Shown here piece by piece: positions 12,740-42,687 of a stretch of DNA of 64,000 bases; position 1 is the stretch's first letter, and the number at the start of each line of letters is the position of its first letter. Under the pieces are notes generated by a model, which worked only from the letters and a program-made list of their open reading frames with translations, was not told where the DNA came from and made no database searches. The stretch comes from the human T2T-CHM13v2.0 reference genome, Homo sapiens. The DNA lies in the NCBI RefSeq assembly GCF_009914755.1, contig NC_060932.1. The stretch is one strand, 5' to 3'. Both the position numbers and the translations under genes were made by a program.

Positions 12740-14896
12740 CAGAGCCCGGAGGCCCGGCTGGGTGAACGCCTTCAGCCCCCGCCCCAGCTCTGGGGTTCTT
12801 CCTGGGACCGTCTCTCGATCCTTGTTTTCTCCTCGATAAGATCTCGACATAAGAAAGAGCCTCTGGCCACGGTTCCTCCCAGTGCTCGGCGTTTCTAGGG
12901 CTGTGCTTAATCGCCCTTCTTTTGGGTTATTCGGAAAGTCCTGGATTTGAAAGGAGGAAGGAAGTGTTTGTTTATTGGGCGAAGCCTTGACTTTTTTGGA
13001 AGGGGGTGGGGAGAGGTTGTTCGCTTTGAGCTTTTTCCTGGAGAAGTTGGACCTGAGGGAGAAACGTTTCCAGTAGGGTGTGTTTAGAAGGAAATACCCC
13101 TGAGATCTGACCCCTGAGATATGATGACTCAGAGCCTTCCTTTCAGGATTTCCTTGTAATAATGGGAAAGGGAAGGCATATGGATGTGGAAAGTTTTCAC
13201 TTTTACCAAAGTGGTGATTATTGAGTCATGGAGTCTTCTAATGTGTCCATTTTTGAAAGGAGTTTGTAGATTATCTAGTCTGTATAACCACATACACATT
13301 TACTGTTATCTTTTCCATTACGTACATTGCTTAGAAAGTACGCTCGGCTTACCAAACTCTTAACATCCGCTTGTTTCAAAAAGAAATCGTTGATTAAAGC
13401 AGGAAATTTACCTTGAAAAACAACTGCGGGCCTTTTAAATTAAATTGATTTCTAAATGTGTATGTGATTAGTTAAAACTCAAATTTGTTCAGTCTTTTTA
13501 TTTTCCTGTTTAAGATTGAGGGATAACGGTAGAAAATACGTCCTTTTGTCTTCTGTGTTACCAACTTAATTCTATAAAATTTGTGCCTTAAATGGTACAT
13601 AAATATTATAAATCTAGTGGTTTGTGGCACAGAATAAAAAGAAGTAGAATGACTTTTAAAATGGTCAGTAAATAGTCACTCCATTATAAATTAAATTTAA
13701 CTTTGGAGACATTAACTTTTAGTTTTGGGCATTATAGGAAAAGATGTAAAAAGGGGAAAAAGATGAACAAAAGGGGAAGAATTTGCTAATGGTTGCCGGT
13801 TAAATGTACTGTTTAATTAAAGAGTTTCTTAAAATGAGCGTGACAACTATTTTCCCTGTTTTTGCCAGATTTGGGAACTTTTTATAGGTATTAAATGCCA
13901 AGAGATTCTAAAAAAGAAAAGCGCCCCCAAATAACTTTGAAATACTTTCTACTTTTAGCAATAGTTACGTTAGCATTTATTAATTTCTTTTCAAGTGCTG
14001 CCAACATGTTTTGTAAATGTATTGTTTTTGAGTAGGTAAACAGTCACTTGTCTCAAAATTTAAGCAGCATAAAAAGGTATAAAGTAACAAGTCTTCTGGC
14101 AGGCAGGCAACTTTTTTACATTTCTTAGGTATTCTAGGCAAATTTTATATCTACACAGGCAAACATATAAGCTGTATTTGCCTCCTTGCTTTTAACACAA
14201 ACGTTAACATTTTATATACTGCTTCACATTTTGCTCTTATTTTTCCAGTTAGTGATCATATTTTGGAGCTTTTCTAATATCAGCATATATAGCTTTCAAG
14301 TCTTTTGCTGTTACACTCAGTGCTGCAGTGAATCAACTTTTACATATGTTGCTTCCTTTGTGCACATATATTTTTACACTTCAGGTTTTGAGACCTGAAG
14401 TGATACTGCAGAGTTGGAGGGTATCTGAATTTAGAATTTCGGTAAGATAACTGCAAACCCACTCTGTATGGTAATTGTACTAGTTTACGCTCCCATTAGT
14501 AGTATGTGAGTGTTTCTCAAAGGCTTGCTGTCAGAGAATGTCAAACTTTGGATTTTTGCCAGGTGAGAAATGGAATCCTATGGGTAAGGATTAATTATTC
14601 TATTACAGTGGACTTCATATGGACATACTTCTTAATGGCTGATCATCAGAAACCCCCAGGATACTTATTAAAAAGAAGAGTTCCTAAGTCCTTCCGTGAA
14701 ATCTGTGTCTGCCCAGGAAGCTGTTTTTATAATAACTAGAGCCTCGGGTAATTTGGCTCTGATGATTAGCCAGATTGAGAAACATTGCTCTGGAAGACTG
14801 CTTAGGATATATTAAATTGTGTTTCTAGACCTCATGTATGAGCCATCTGGAATGCTTACTATCTGGGTCCAATGGACACTTTATTTTTTCATTTTT

Positions 14897-15024
14897 TAGT
14901 TTTTTTTTTTTTTAGAGATGGAATCTTGCTCAGGCTGGTCTTGAACTCCTGGGCTGAAGCAGTCCTCCTGTCTCAGCCTCTGAAAGTGCTAGGATTACAG
15001 GCATGAGCCATACGGTTCCTGGCC
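14897..15024 (-). mobile_element. FLAM/Alu monomer
   Basis: Poly-T, then CAGGCTGGTCTTGAACTCCTGGG...GATTACAGGCATGAGCC. Confidence 0.88.
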
Positions 15025-15295
15025 TGATAATTTTATTTTTTACATTTTTCAGTCATTTTATGAATAGTTTGCAGAAGTGAAATTAAAGACATAATGAAAC
15101 ACAACTTTACTAGAAATTTTAATAACTGCTTCAACAAATTATCACTCCAAATTTTCCTGGTTTTGAAGATATCAGTAGTTGAAATAGGCAACATCTTCGA
15201 ATTCAACTAATTGCTTATCAACTGTCATATAATTTTTTTAAAAAATCAATGATTCTGCCGTCCTAAATTTTTATTATCCCAAGATGTTTTTAATA

Positions 15296-15602
15296 CAGCG
15301 GTTCCCGACATTTTTGGCACCAGGGACTGGTTTCATGGAAGACAGTTTTTCCACGGACGGGATAGGTGGATGGCTTCAGGATGAAACTATATCACGAGGA
15401 GCGTTTAACCTAGATCCCTTGCATGCACAGTTCACAATAGGGTTCCTGCTCCTGTGAGAATCTAATGCTGCCACTGATCTGACAGGAGCTGGAGCTCAGG
15501 TGGTAATGCTGGCTCACCTGCCACTCACCTGCTGTGGGTGGCCTGGTTCCCAATGGGCCACCGACTGGTACTGGTCCATGGCCCGGGGGTTGGGAACTCC
15601 TG
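15296..15602 (+). mobile_element. MER1B-like hAT-Charlie DNA transposon
   Basis: Termini CAGCGGTTCCCGAC...GTTGGGAACTCCTG; perfect 8-bp TSD TTTTAATA (15288-15295 / 15603-15610). Confidence 0.88.
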
Positions 15603-15964
15603 TTTTAATAGCTTAGATTAAAAGAAGCAAATAAACATTAATTCACCTTAAACAGTCACATGTCATTTTTAAGGGAGGCCAGTTGTAGTTGGTGGTTTGA
15701 GAAGGGGTGAGGTTAATAACTCAAAAAATGATGAGTATTGCCATTCTAGGTGATATTATTTGGAAAACTTTGCCAGTGTTTCCTACTTCATTAATCAGAA
15801 TATTGTGTCCAGAGAGCGAATAAACTAGAATTCCAAAATATCACATAAGTATTTAAGTTGAGTGCCTTCGTTCTGTACACATATTTAAAGACTTCAAGGA
15901 GGTTACTCTTATATTGCCCTGAGGGGGTTGAGGGACAAATGGGAAACTTGGTACTGAGGCAGAC

Positions 15965-16670
15965 AATATATAAATACATATATATATAAAATGTATGTAT
16001 TATATATAACATATATAATATATATTATAATACGTATAATACGTATTATAATATATTCTAATTATATATAATATATATTATTTATGAATAATATATGATT
16101 TATATATTATATATAACATAATATATATTGTATATCATACTATTATACTATATCTTATATACTATATTATAAGTATATAAGATATACTTATTATATACTA
16201 TATTATATAGTATAGTATAGTATAATTTATACCATATATTATATATTATACTATTATATACAATATAGTATATATTATATACAATATTATAATATATAAT
16301 ATAATTATAATGTATATTATAATATAATATAGTATTATTATATATTAATATTATATTATTTATATATTCCAGGAAAATGATATTAATTTTAATCAATATT
16401 TATATTTAAATATTTATATTTAAAATATTTATATTTAGATATTTATATTTAATTATATATAAATATAAAATATATAAATATAAATATATAAAATATATAG
16501 ATATATAAAAATATATAAATATAAAAATATTTATATTTAAAATATAATAATATAATAATGTAATATAATATATATTATATATAATACATATAATACATAT
16601 TATATAATACATATTATATATGTTATATATAATACATATGCACACACACACATATATAATATATATATAG
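15965..16670. repeat. ~700-bp degenerate (TA)n AT-rich low-complexity tract
   Basis: Almost pure A/T with TATA variants. Confidence 0.95.
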
Positions 16671-17431
16671 CCTTTTGGTGTTCTGAAAAAGTCCGAAACT
16701 ATCCCACCCACTGAAAGATCTCTTAATAGAAACTATTTGTGAGTTACTTCTGAGGCCTGAGATACATTGGGTGTAGGGGCCTTTCATAATGCATGAAGTG
16801 AGTCACAGAGATTGCAAATAATGTAGTGTGGGCCAAACCTGGTCAAAGGGTATGTGGGCAGTACCATTTCTTTCCAAGGAATTAGGCCAGTGGAAAAAAG
16901 CTGTAGTGGTCAGGAAGGTTTGATCAAACCCTTAAAGAGTAGTGGGAGTTTTATCTTCTTAGTGATTACTCAGCTCGAAGGAAAGCCTAGAAACAAAATT
17001 CTTTAGTTTAGTTCGTACAATAATAATGTTTGATAAGAGTTGCAAGTGAGGTAAAATGAGATTCTTCCACTGATGTAATAGTTACTTTCAGAATCCTCTT
17101 AAACCTCATTATTGGTCATTATAAAATTCCAGCCACAATTAGAAGGATTTCCCAGAGTTAGCTTTGTGGTTCTTGAAAAAGGGCTGTGTTTCTAACAGTT
17201 CCCATTAGGTCAAAGATTTAAATATAATGTACAAGTGACTTAATGGAGCCCTTCAGAAAAATAAAGCATTTATCATTTTCCTGGAAGGCTTTTTACACTG
17301 TTAGGTTCAAAAGTACGGACTTGCCCTAAGAATATTTTGATCTTTTCAATAAGTGTTTAAAGATATCTTATTTACTGTTGTTTTGATGACATTTGTCAAA
17401 ATACTAACATTTGGTATCTTCTTTTTAAAAA

Positions 17432-17722
17432 GTTTTTTTTATTGGTGAGACAGGGTCTCAGTCTGTCCACCCAGGTTAGAATGTGGTGGTGTGACCACAG
17501 CTCACTGCAGCCTCAACCTCCTTTGCTCAAGTGGTCCTCCTACCTCAGCCTCCCAAGTAGCTAGGACTACAGGCATGTGCCGCTGTCCCTGGCTAGTTTT
17601 TTATATTTTTTGTAGAGATGGGGTTTCTCCATGTTGCCCAAGCTGGTCGCAAACTCCTGGGCTCAAGTGATCCACCTACCTTTTTCTCCCAAACTGTTGG
17701 GATTACAGGCACTGCGCCCAGC
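17432..17722 (-). mobile_element. AluJ-like
   Basis: Diverged dimeric reverse Alu. Confidence 0.9.
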
Positions 17723-18729
17723 TACATTTGATATCTTTGAGGATGAGGAAAAAGTGTTTATGCTGTGTAAATAAATTAAATTGAGTCCTGCCTTCAAGTA
17801 GTGGAGATAAACATGTACTAGCTATAATCTGAGGCAGAGTTGAGAGGAGTTGGGAGGAGCAAATAATATCCAACTGAAGCCTTCAAAGTCACCCTCTTTT
17901 AAGAAGTGACACTTGACCTACGCCTCAAGGCTAACTAGGATTTTGATTGGTGGAGAAGTCCTGGAAGGACATTCCTGGAAGAGAATGCACCTTTTACAAA
18001 AATATGCAGGCATGGAAGCATGTGACCTGGGTGGCAAATAGTCAGTGGTTTGCAGCTACAACATTTTAATACGTGGAAAGAAATTTAATGAAATGGGTCA
18101 AGAAAGTAAAATTGAGGAATGCTTTGTGATTTAAAAAACAGTGAGAGTTAATTAAGATCAGTACACTTAAAGCAAACCTGAAACTTACTTTTTCAGAAGT
18201 GTAAATTACGGTAATATTTGTTATTTTAAAAAAATTTTGAAAGTCCATTTTTCTTCTAGGCTTGAGTTGCTGGTGTGTGAATTAACTCAAGAGTTGTTCA
18301 GACAACTTCAGTTAATATTTATTTGAAGAGAAACTTCTATGGAGAGAAAAGTTAGGAAACCACTTCATTTTTCATGAGAACAGTGGGATTTTGAAGTTAG
18401 CCAATGACAGAATCAAAAAAAGAAATCAAAAATAGAAATAATATTAGATGGCCAGGTAACATTCTTTTCAGTGCATTTTGGTTGTTGATATTGCAACTTG
18501 CTTTGCATTTTGTATATTATATATCATATGCATTTTGTTTATATTGATAGAATGGCTGAAAGTTTAAATAAGGCAAAAAATTGTGTTTAGGGAAAGGCTG
18601 CTAGGAAATTGATCCTTTGAACCCAAAGAAGATAATTCACTTTGTTCTCCTGGATTAATACAATTAAATCATATTTGATAGTGCTCTCTCAAGAATGTGA
18701 ATTTTTTTTTTTTTCTCACAAACCCAGAT

Positions 18730-21700
18730 TCTGTTTTTCCCTTAAGGACTGTACCAGGCCACTACTATTCACCATTGTACTGGAGATTATAGCCAGAGAA
18801 ATTAGAAAAGAAACAAAAGATGTGTAATAGCAGCAAGAAGGTGCAATAGAAAGCTCATATGCTTCTTCTCCCCACAGAAATACTGATTCAATAACAATAC
18901 ACACACCAGACCTCTTTGTGAGAAATCCGGAAACTAGTTAAGAGGCTCCTGCATTCTAGGTGAGCAGTAAACCAGCTGCAGTTAAGATGGTAGGAAAATT
19001 CATCCTACTTGCTCACCATAGTTCATTCCCCTGGCTCAGCATGGCATGAGCAAGAGGAAACTCCAGGCTCCTGGTTTTTCCCTGGGCGGGGAAAGAGAAG
19101 ACTGAAACATCTGTGTGACATTCAGATTTTTCAGAGGTCTGCCCAAGGGTCTGGTTTTTATTTTGCTTGAGTATAAGTTCTGACAGGAAAGGGCACCAGG
19201 TTGCGGGGTCATTGAAAACAAAGTTGACAGTTTAGATTAGCAGGCACTCACCATGGTCCCTCCCCCTCCCTCAGCATGAAACCAGCAGGAGAAAATCCTC
19301 AACTCTTGGCTTCTCCTTGGGGAGACAAAAGAGTTGGAATGTGTGTCCAGTGTTTCACCTTTTCAGTGGGCTGAGGGACTGGCTTCTGTCTTGCTTGTCT
19401 TGGAAAGCTGACAGGGGCTGGTGTATTCCAGGTGCCCAGGAGCCACTGAGAACAGAAGACTTGTTGCTGCTCTAGAGGACCTATGGTAGGGCAGACAGAG
19501 GATGATACAGCTCAGCAGCTTGTCCCTACGTGTGGCATGAAAGGTGTTGGAGAGAGAATAGTGGAGTATGTGTCCAACATTCCAGCACTTCAGAGAGCTA
19601 CCCCCAAGGGACTGGCTTCTGTTTCACCTGACTTGGAGCACAGGCAGGAGTGGACATACTCTAAAAGCCCACTGATGGGAAAGGGCACCAGGTTGGAGGC
19701 CTCTGAAAACAAGAGAGCTGGGTGGCTTGCAGCAGCTCCAGAGAACCTGAAGTACCACAGACAGATAGCACAGGGAGCAAAAGATTATGAGATCCTGAAA
19801 AAGGAAACGAACAAGTTCATCTTGAGAATTTATACACACTGGTCGAGAAGAAGCATCCTCAGGAAAGGTTCAAAAGGCATGCAGAATCTCTAGTCAGGCC
19901 GATCAGTGAGGATCTTTCTCTGTACAGAGCCAGACCACAAAGACTGGGAGGGGTGATATTTTTTCAAATGCTTGGATCCCAACATGATGTTAAAAGACAC
20001 ACAAAGAAATAGGGAAACATGGCACAATCAAAGAGTCAAAATATCCAGGAACCTACTTTAAGGAAACACAGATATCTTCATTATCTCAGAAGGAATTCAG
20101 ACTAACCACCATAAACATGTTCAGTGACCCAAGGAAAATGCTGCATGAACAAAATGGTATCAACATAGAGATTGAAAACGTAAAAAGGAACCAAACAAAC
20201 ATTGTAACAGATGCAATACGCTTCTTTGACCAAATTGAAAGATTTACTAGAGGAGTTTAGCAGCAGTGTTTTTCAAGGAGAAGAATTAGTGAACTTGAAG
20301 CCAGGTCATTTGAAATTATCCAGTCAGAGAAGCAAAAAGAAAAAAAATAAAAAAAGAATGAAGACAGCCTAGAGTACTAATGGGACAGCATCAATTTTAT
20401 CAATGTAGATTGTATGGAAGTTCCATATGTTGGAAAGAGAAAGGAGCAAAAAGCTTATTTGAAGAAATACTGGCCAAAACTTCCCAAACTGAAGGAAGGC
20501 AGTGGACATCCAGATTCAAGAAGCCAGATGGACTCCAGAGTAGAACAATCCGAAGACATCTACATGGAAACACACTGTAATCAAATTGTCAAAGAATTTT
20601 GAAAGCAGCAGGATAAGAACAACTTGTCATATACAAAGGAGATTCTGTGGGACTCTAAGTGGATTTCTTAGCAGAAACCTTGCAGGTCAGAAAGAAGTGG
20701 GATGATATAGTCAAACTGCTGGAAGAAAAACTGCCAGCAAAGTACTGTATGTGGCAAAACTTTTCTTTAAAAGTAAAAGAGAAATAAGATTCTCAAAATC
20801 TGAGAGAGTTCATCACCACTATATCTGACTTAAACGCCAATGGGAGTCTGTTAAATGGAAACAAAAGTATGTTCAACATGAAAGTATAAAATTAAATGAT
20901 AAAGCTATGGACAAATAGAGACCTGCATATTATTGTAATGGTGGTGAGTAAATCACTTATTTCTGATATATAAGTCTAAGACAAAAGTTTAAGTGCCTGT
21001 AACTATAAAAATATTAATAGATGCACAACATAAAAGATGAAATTTGTAGCATCAGTAATGCAGTATGGGGATGGATGAGAAGAAGCAGTATTGTATGCAG
21101 TTGAAATTATCAGCTTAAAATAGGTTTATTAGAAGATGTTTTATGTAAACTCCATGGTAACCACAAAGAAAATACCTATAGAAAATACACACACACAAAT
21201 AAGGAATCAAAGCATATCTATTAAAAAAAAAAACAGTGAAACAAAAAGCATGATGGCAAGAGAGGAAAGGAAGGACAAAAAAGTTTCAAGATAGAAAATC
21301 ATTAACAAAATGTCATTGTAAGTCCTTCCCTATCAGTAATAACTTTAAATGTACTAAACTCTCCAATCAAAAGACATAGAGGGGATGAATGGATTAAAAA
21401 AATAAAACCAAGAGCCAGCTATACCCAGTTTATAAGAGACTCACTTCAGATTTAAGGATACTTTTTATTTTTTTACAGAAATGGATATACTGATTCTAAA
21501 ACTGATACTGAATTGATAGGGATTTAGAATAGCCAAAACAATTTCGAAAAAGAACAAAGTGGGAGGATTCACATTAACTGATTTTAAAACTTAATACAAA
21601 TGTACAGTACTCAAGAATGTGTGGTACTGGTATAAGGATAGACATATAGATCAGTGAAATAGAATTTAGATTGCAGAAATAAGTGCATACAGTTATGATC

Positions 21701-22735
21701 ACTTGATTTTCAATAACGATGCGAAGACAATTCAAAAATGTTATTTTCAAAAAATGGTGCTGAAATAACTGGGTTTCCACATGGATAATAATGAATATGG
21801 ATCTATACCACACACCGTGTACAAAATTAACATAAAATAGATCAAAGATATAAATGCAGGAATTAAAGACATAACATTTTTTGAAGAAAACATAAGGGTA
21901 AGTCTTCATAACCTTGAGTTGGGCAGTAGTTTCTTAGATGTTATATCTAAAGCATAAGCAACCAAGAAGAAATATAGATTCAAATTTGTCAGAATTAAAA
22001 ACCTCAAATTGCAAAATGCACTGTGAGAAAAAATGAAAAGACAATCTACAGAATAAGAAAAGTATTTGTAAATCATATATGATAGTGGTCTATGATATGG
22101 TCTGAATGTTTGTGACTGTGTCCCTCCATTCATATGTTGAATCCTGTAATCATCAAGGGGATGGTATTAGAGTTACCATATGACCCAGCAGTTGCATGCT
22201 TAGCTATATTCCAAGAGAATTAAAGATGCATTTATTAAAAAAGTATATAAACTTACATATTATTTGCTAACAATGCAAATGCTCATTGGCATTTTTAACA
22301 GCATTATTTATAATAGCCAAAAGTGCAAATAACCCAAATGTCATCAGCTGATGACAGCATAAATATAATGTGGTATACATACAATGGAATATTATTCTGC
22401 TATGAAAATGAATGAAATACTGATACATGCTCCAACACAGATGAACCTTGAACATATGCTATGTGAAAGAAGCCAGATGCAGAAGGCCACATATTCTAAG
22501 ATTCTAGATTAAGTATCCAGAGCAGGTAAAAACAGAGGCGGGAAAGTGTATGTTGCCTGGAGCTGGAAGGAGGGTAGAATGGGGAGGCATGAGTTTTCTT
22601 TTGGGGAGGATGGAAATATTCAAAGATAGGTAGTGGAGATGATTGTAGAAGTCTGTGAATATACTAAAAACCATTGCATTATATACTTTGAAAGGCTGAA
22701 TTTTAGAGTGTGTGAATTAAATTTAAAAAAAAAAC
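18730..22735 (+). mobile_element. Old, internally deleted L1 (5' UTR, ORF1 remnant, ORF2 start, ORF2 3' part, 3' UTR), sense to SDCBP
   Basis: ORF1-like A-rich remnants (20000-20900); ORF2 start CTATCAGTAATAACTTTAAATGT...CTCCAATCAAAAGACATAGA (~21330-21380); jump at ~21460 to 3' ORF2 sequence; L1M 3' end and A run at ~22730; may be more than one element. Confidence 0.85.
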
Positions 22736-22744
22736 TATCTCATA

Positions 22745-23380
22745 CTGTCCAACTAGGAGACAGAGACCATATAGTGATTTTAACAGTGGAGGTTTAATAC
22801 ACAGAATTACTAGTTATAACATGATTGAAGAAATAGAAATTGACTTGTAAGAAGTAAAGACAACTTTTAAGAATACTGTAAGAGCAGACTTAATAAGTAG
22901 CCACTAACTCTAGGGCTGTTCCCATACTGGGGCTGAGATTCAGGTCTGGTTGAAGAGGGGACAGATGTCACTGGCAGATGCTGAAGTTGCCGGATACCAT
23001 GCTTCTGGAACTTATTCTCCCTCTGGCATTCTGAACCTTGGAATTTGCTGCAGAAGCCACGTGAAGGGGTTGAGAAAGCTGCTCAGGGAGATTCCTTGGT
23101 GGTGGCATTCTGCTGCAGAGTTACTCAATAGAGTGCTGGGGTGAGCTTCTGCATGCTTGTGAAACTACTCCTGGCAGGAGTCTGGCTAGAGTAGTACGTT
23201 GGAACCATGAAGAGAAAAGCTCTTCCTCCTACAGTGTACCTCCAGTTGCCTCTACTGACAAGGCTTAACATCATGCCAGCTGGTAACAGAGCAATGTTGA
23301 AAGAGCTCAGCTCCATTTTGGGAGAGAAAGCAATAAGAAGTGGATTTGGAAATGGGAGGTAATAAATTGATACCTGAATC
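22745..23380. mobile_element. Ancient LTR fragment (LTR78-like, tentative)
   Basis: CTCTACTGACAAGGCTTAACATCATGCCAGCTGG...GTGGATTTGGA...AATAAATTGATA; a related end occurs at ~32900-32990. Confidence 0.45.
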
Positions 23381-24185
23381 AAGAATCTTACGTTAAACCG
23401 CATACCAGTTTAGCATATATTCTGTTTTATTGGGTTGAGTGAAAGTATCAGGTATTCATCTCAAAACAGCTAAATAAAATTTAAAATATGCATTCATATA
23501 ATACATTTAGAGAATTGTGTTTTAAATTATTACAAAAAGCAATTTATAACTAAAAAACATACTTCTACTTAATACAGAAGTATTTTAAATGAAAAGTAAA
23601 AATTTCCCTCTTATTCCTCACTCCTTTACCATCTGTCTTCTGAAGAAAAATCTGTTAGCAGTTGATATAGTTTCTTCTGTATACATATATGTGTGTATAT
23701 ATTTTTCTTAGTAATAGAGGTTCATGTATTGATACTGCATATGATCTGCTTTTAGGCTTTTATTGTTAGAAGGAAATGTAGCTGTGTAATGCCCAAGGGC
23801 ATTGTACTAAGGGTAGTTTCCTAGTCCTGGCTAAGTTGCAAGTACTTGTGTAAGTTAGGAGTAAGTCACATAACTATTCTATTTGATTTTCTAAATTTGT
23901 AAAATGAAGGGACTTTTACTTGAATTTTAAAAATCGGTGATGGATATAGTTCAATAATACTATTAGGGGAAGGAGAGGTAGTTTGGTAATTCTTAAGTAT
24001 CAGCTAACTTTTAGTATGGCCTATATATTCTTATTTTTTAATATGTTTTGCAATTTAAATGTTTTTTATTGAGTTAAATAGTTCTACTTGTTTATGTGTC
24101 TGTGGTTAGCTGTGTATACTATTTCAATTTCTATGACATTAGAGTAATAAAACTTTCTTTTTTTCTTTAGAAGAATCCTGCAAAA

Positions 24186-40893
<16,708 letters not shown>

Positions 40894-41987
40894 AATTCAC
40901 GGCACCATGGAAATGTAGCTGAACGTCTCCAGTTTCCTTCTTTGGCAACTTCTGTATTATGCACGTGAAGCCTTCCCGGAGCCAGCGAGCATATGCTGCA
41001 TGAGGACCTTTCTATCTTACATTATGGCTGGGAATCTTACTCTTTCATCTGATACCTTGTTCAGATTTCAAAATAGTTGTAGCCTTATCCTGGTTTTACA
41101 GATGTGAAACTTTCAAGAGATTTACTGACTTTCCTAGAATAGTTTCTCTACTGGAAACCTGATGCTTTTATAAGCCATTGTGATTAGGATGACTGTTACA
41201 GGCTTAGCTTTGTGTGAAAACCAGTCACCTTTCTCCTAGGTAATGAGTAGTGCTGTTCATATTACTTTAGTTCTATAGCATACTTGCATCTTTAACATGC
41301 TATCATAGTACATTTAGAATGATTGCCTTTGATTTTTTTTTTAAATTCTGTGTGTGTGTGTGTAAAATGCCAATTAAGAACACTGGTTTCATTCCATGTA
41401 AGCATTAAACAGTGTATGTAGGTTTCAAGAGATTGTGATGATTCTTAAATTTTAACTACCTTCACTTAATATGCTTGAACTGTCGCCTTAACTATGTTAA
41501 GCATCTAGACTAAAAGCCAAAATATAATTATTGCTGCCTTTCTAAAAACCCAAAATGTAGTTCTCTATTAACCTGAAATGTACACTAGCCCAGAACAGTT
41601 TAATGGTACTTACTGAGCTATAGCATAGCTGCTTAGTTGTTTTTGAGATTTTTTAGTCAACACATAATGGAAACTTCTTTCTTCTAAAAGTTGCCAGTGC
41701 CACTTTTAAGAAGTGAATCACTATATGTGATGTAAAAGTTATTACACTAAACAGGATAAACTTTTGACTCCCCTTTTGTTCATTTGTGGATTAAGTGGTA
41801 TAATACTTAATTTTGGCATTTGACTCTTAAGATTATGTAACCTAGCTACTTTGGGATGGTCTTAGAATATTTTTCTGATAACTTGTTCCTTTTCCTGACT
41901 CCTCCTTGCAAACAAAATGATAGTTGACACTTTATCCTGATTTTTTTCTTCTTTTTGGTTTATGTCTATTCTAATTAAATATGTATA

Positions 41988-41993
41988 AATAAA
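41988..41993 (+). terminator. SDCBP: SDCBP polyadenylation signal AATAAA
   Basis: AATAAA ~1.1 kb after the stop, with upstream TGTA and a U-rich stretch. Confidence 0.8.
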
Positions 41994-42681
41994 GTTACAT
42001 TTTAGTCTGTCTATTACTGCATCATTTGCTTTCACCAAACTTATGCATGATCTAGAAGACAGGCAGGTGAAATTCACTTTCAGCTGTGGGAGACATCATC
42101 TCCCAGAACAAGCTGACATTCAGGGGCCCTAAGAACAGCTCTCAGTGCTGAGACTGAGTGTCAGGAAAATTGCTTCCAGCTGGGAACCCCAGATTACCAG
42201 GGCCAAAAGAAGAGCTGGTTCACACCTGCCATGCAGCAGGAACTCATTGAGGCTACTGATTGATTGTCCCTAGCAATACCTGAGACCAGGTAATATTTAA
42301 TAACACTTGAAACTGACTTTGGAAATTCTATTAGTGTGGTCTGACTCAAGTTTTTTCTCCTATGTCATACTACCTGCAAGATACAACAATGTTTTTAAAG
42401 AGTATAGAAAAAATAATAAGTCACACACTTACCATGGTTCAGAGGTTGAATATAAAAGGAAATCTGCTACTGCTATACAGCTTACCTTGTTTGAAATTTA
42501 GAAGAGAAAAAAATATTTGATTATCTACCTGAGTCTGAAGATAATTTCAAAATAATGGAATTACATTCATATCACTAAATATGGTTTTCTAGAAGATGAT
42601 TCTAGACTTGTGGTCTTAAAAACACTAGTCTTTTAAGTTACTTAAATAAAATGAAAACAGCTTTCTTTAGAGAAAAATATT

Positions 42682-42687
42682 TTTAAT
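42682..42687 (-). terminator. NSMAF: Likely NSMAF polyadenylation signal ATTAAA
   Basis: TTTAAT on + (ATTAAA on -) ~580 nt past the stop, followed on - by U-rich sequence. Confidence 0.55.

Larger units (their letters stand above)
12040..12900 (+). promoter_or_regulatory. SDCBP: CpG-island promoter of SDCBP
   Basis: Very GC- and CpG-rich; GC boxes (GGGCGG near 12328 and 12352); no TATA box; contains exon 1. Confidence 0.92.

Noticed and set aside
11816-12898. Many overlapping 70-156 aa ORFs on both strands
   Set aside because: Stop-codon scarcity in a GC-rich CpG island; low-complexity Ala/Pro/Gly/Arg products.
16148-16711. Ile/Tyr/Asn-rich ORFs
   Set aside because: Translation of the (TA)n low-complexity tract.
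20380-22455. Short ORFs within the L1
   Set aside because: Fragments of degenerate L1 ORF1/ORF2 or their antisense; the element is internally deleted and not mobile.
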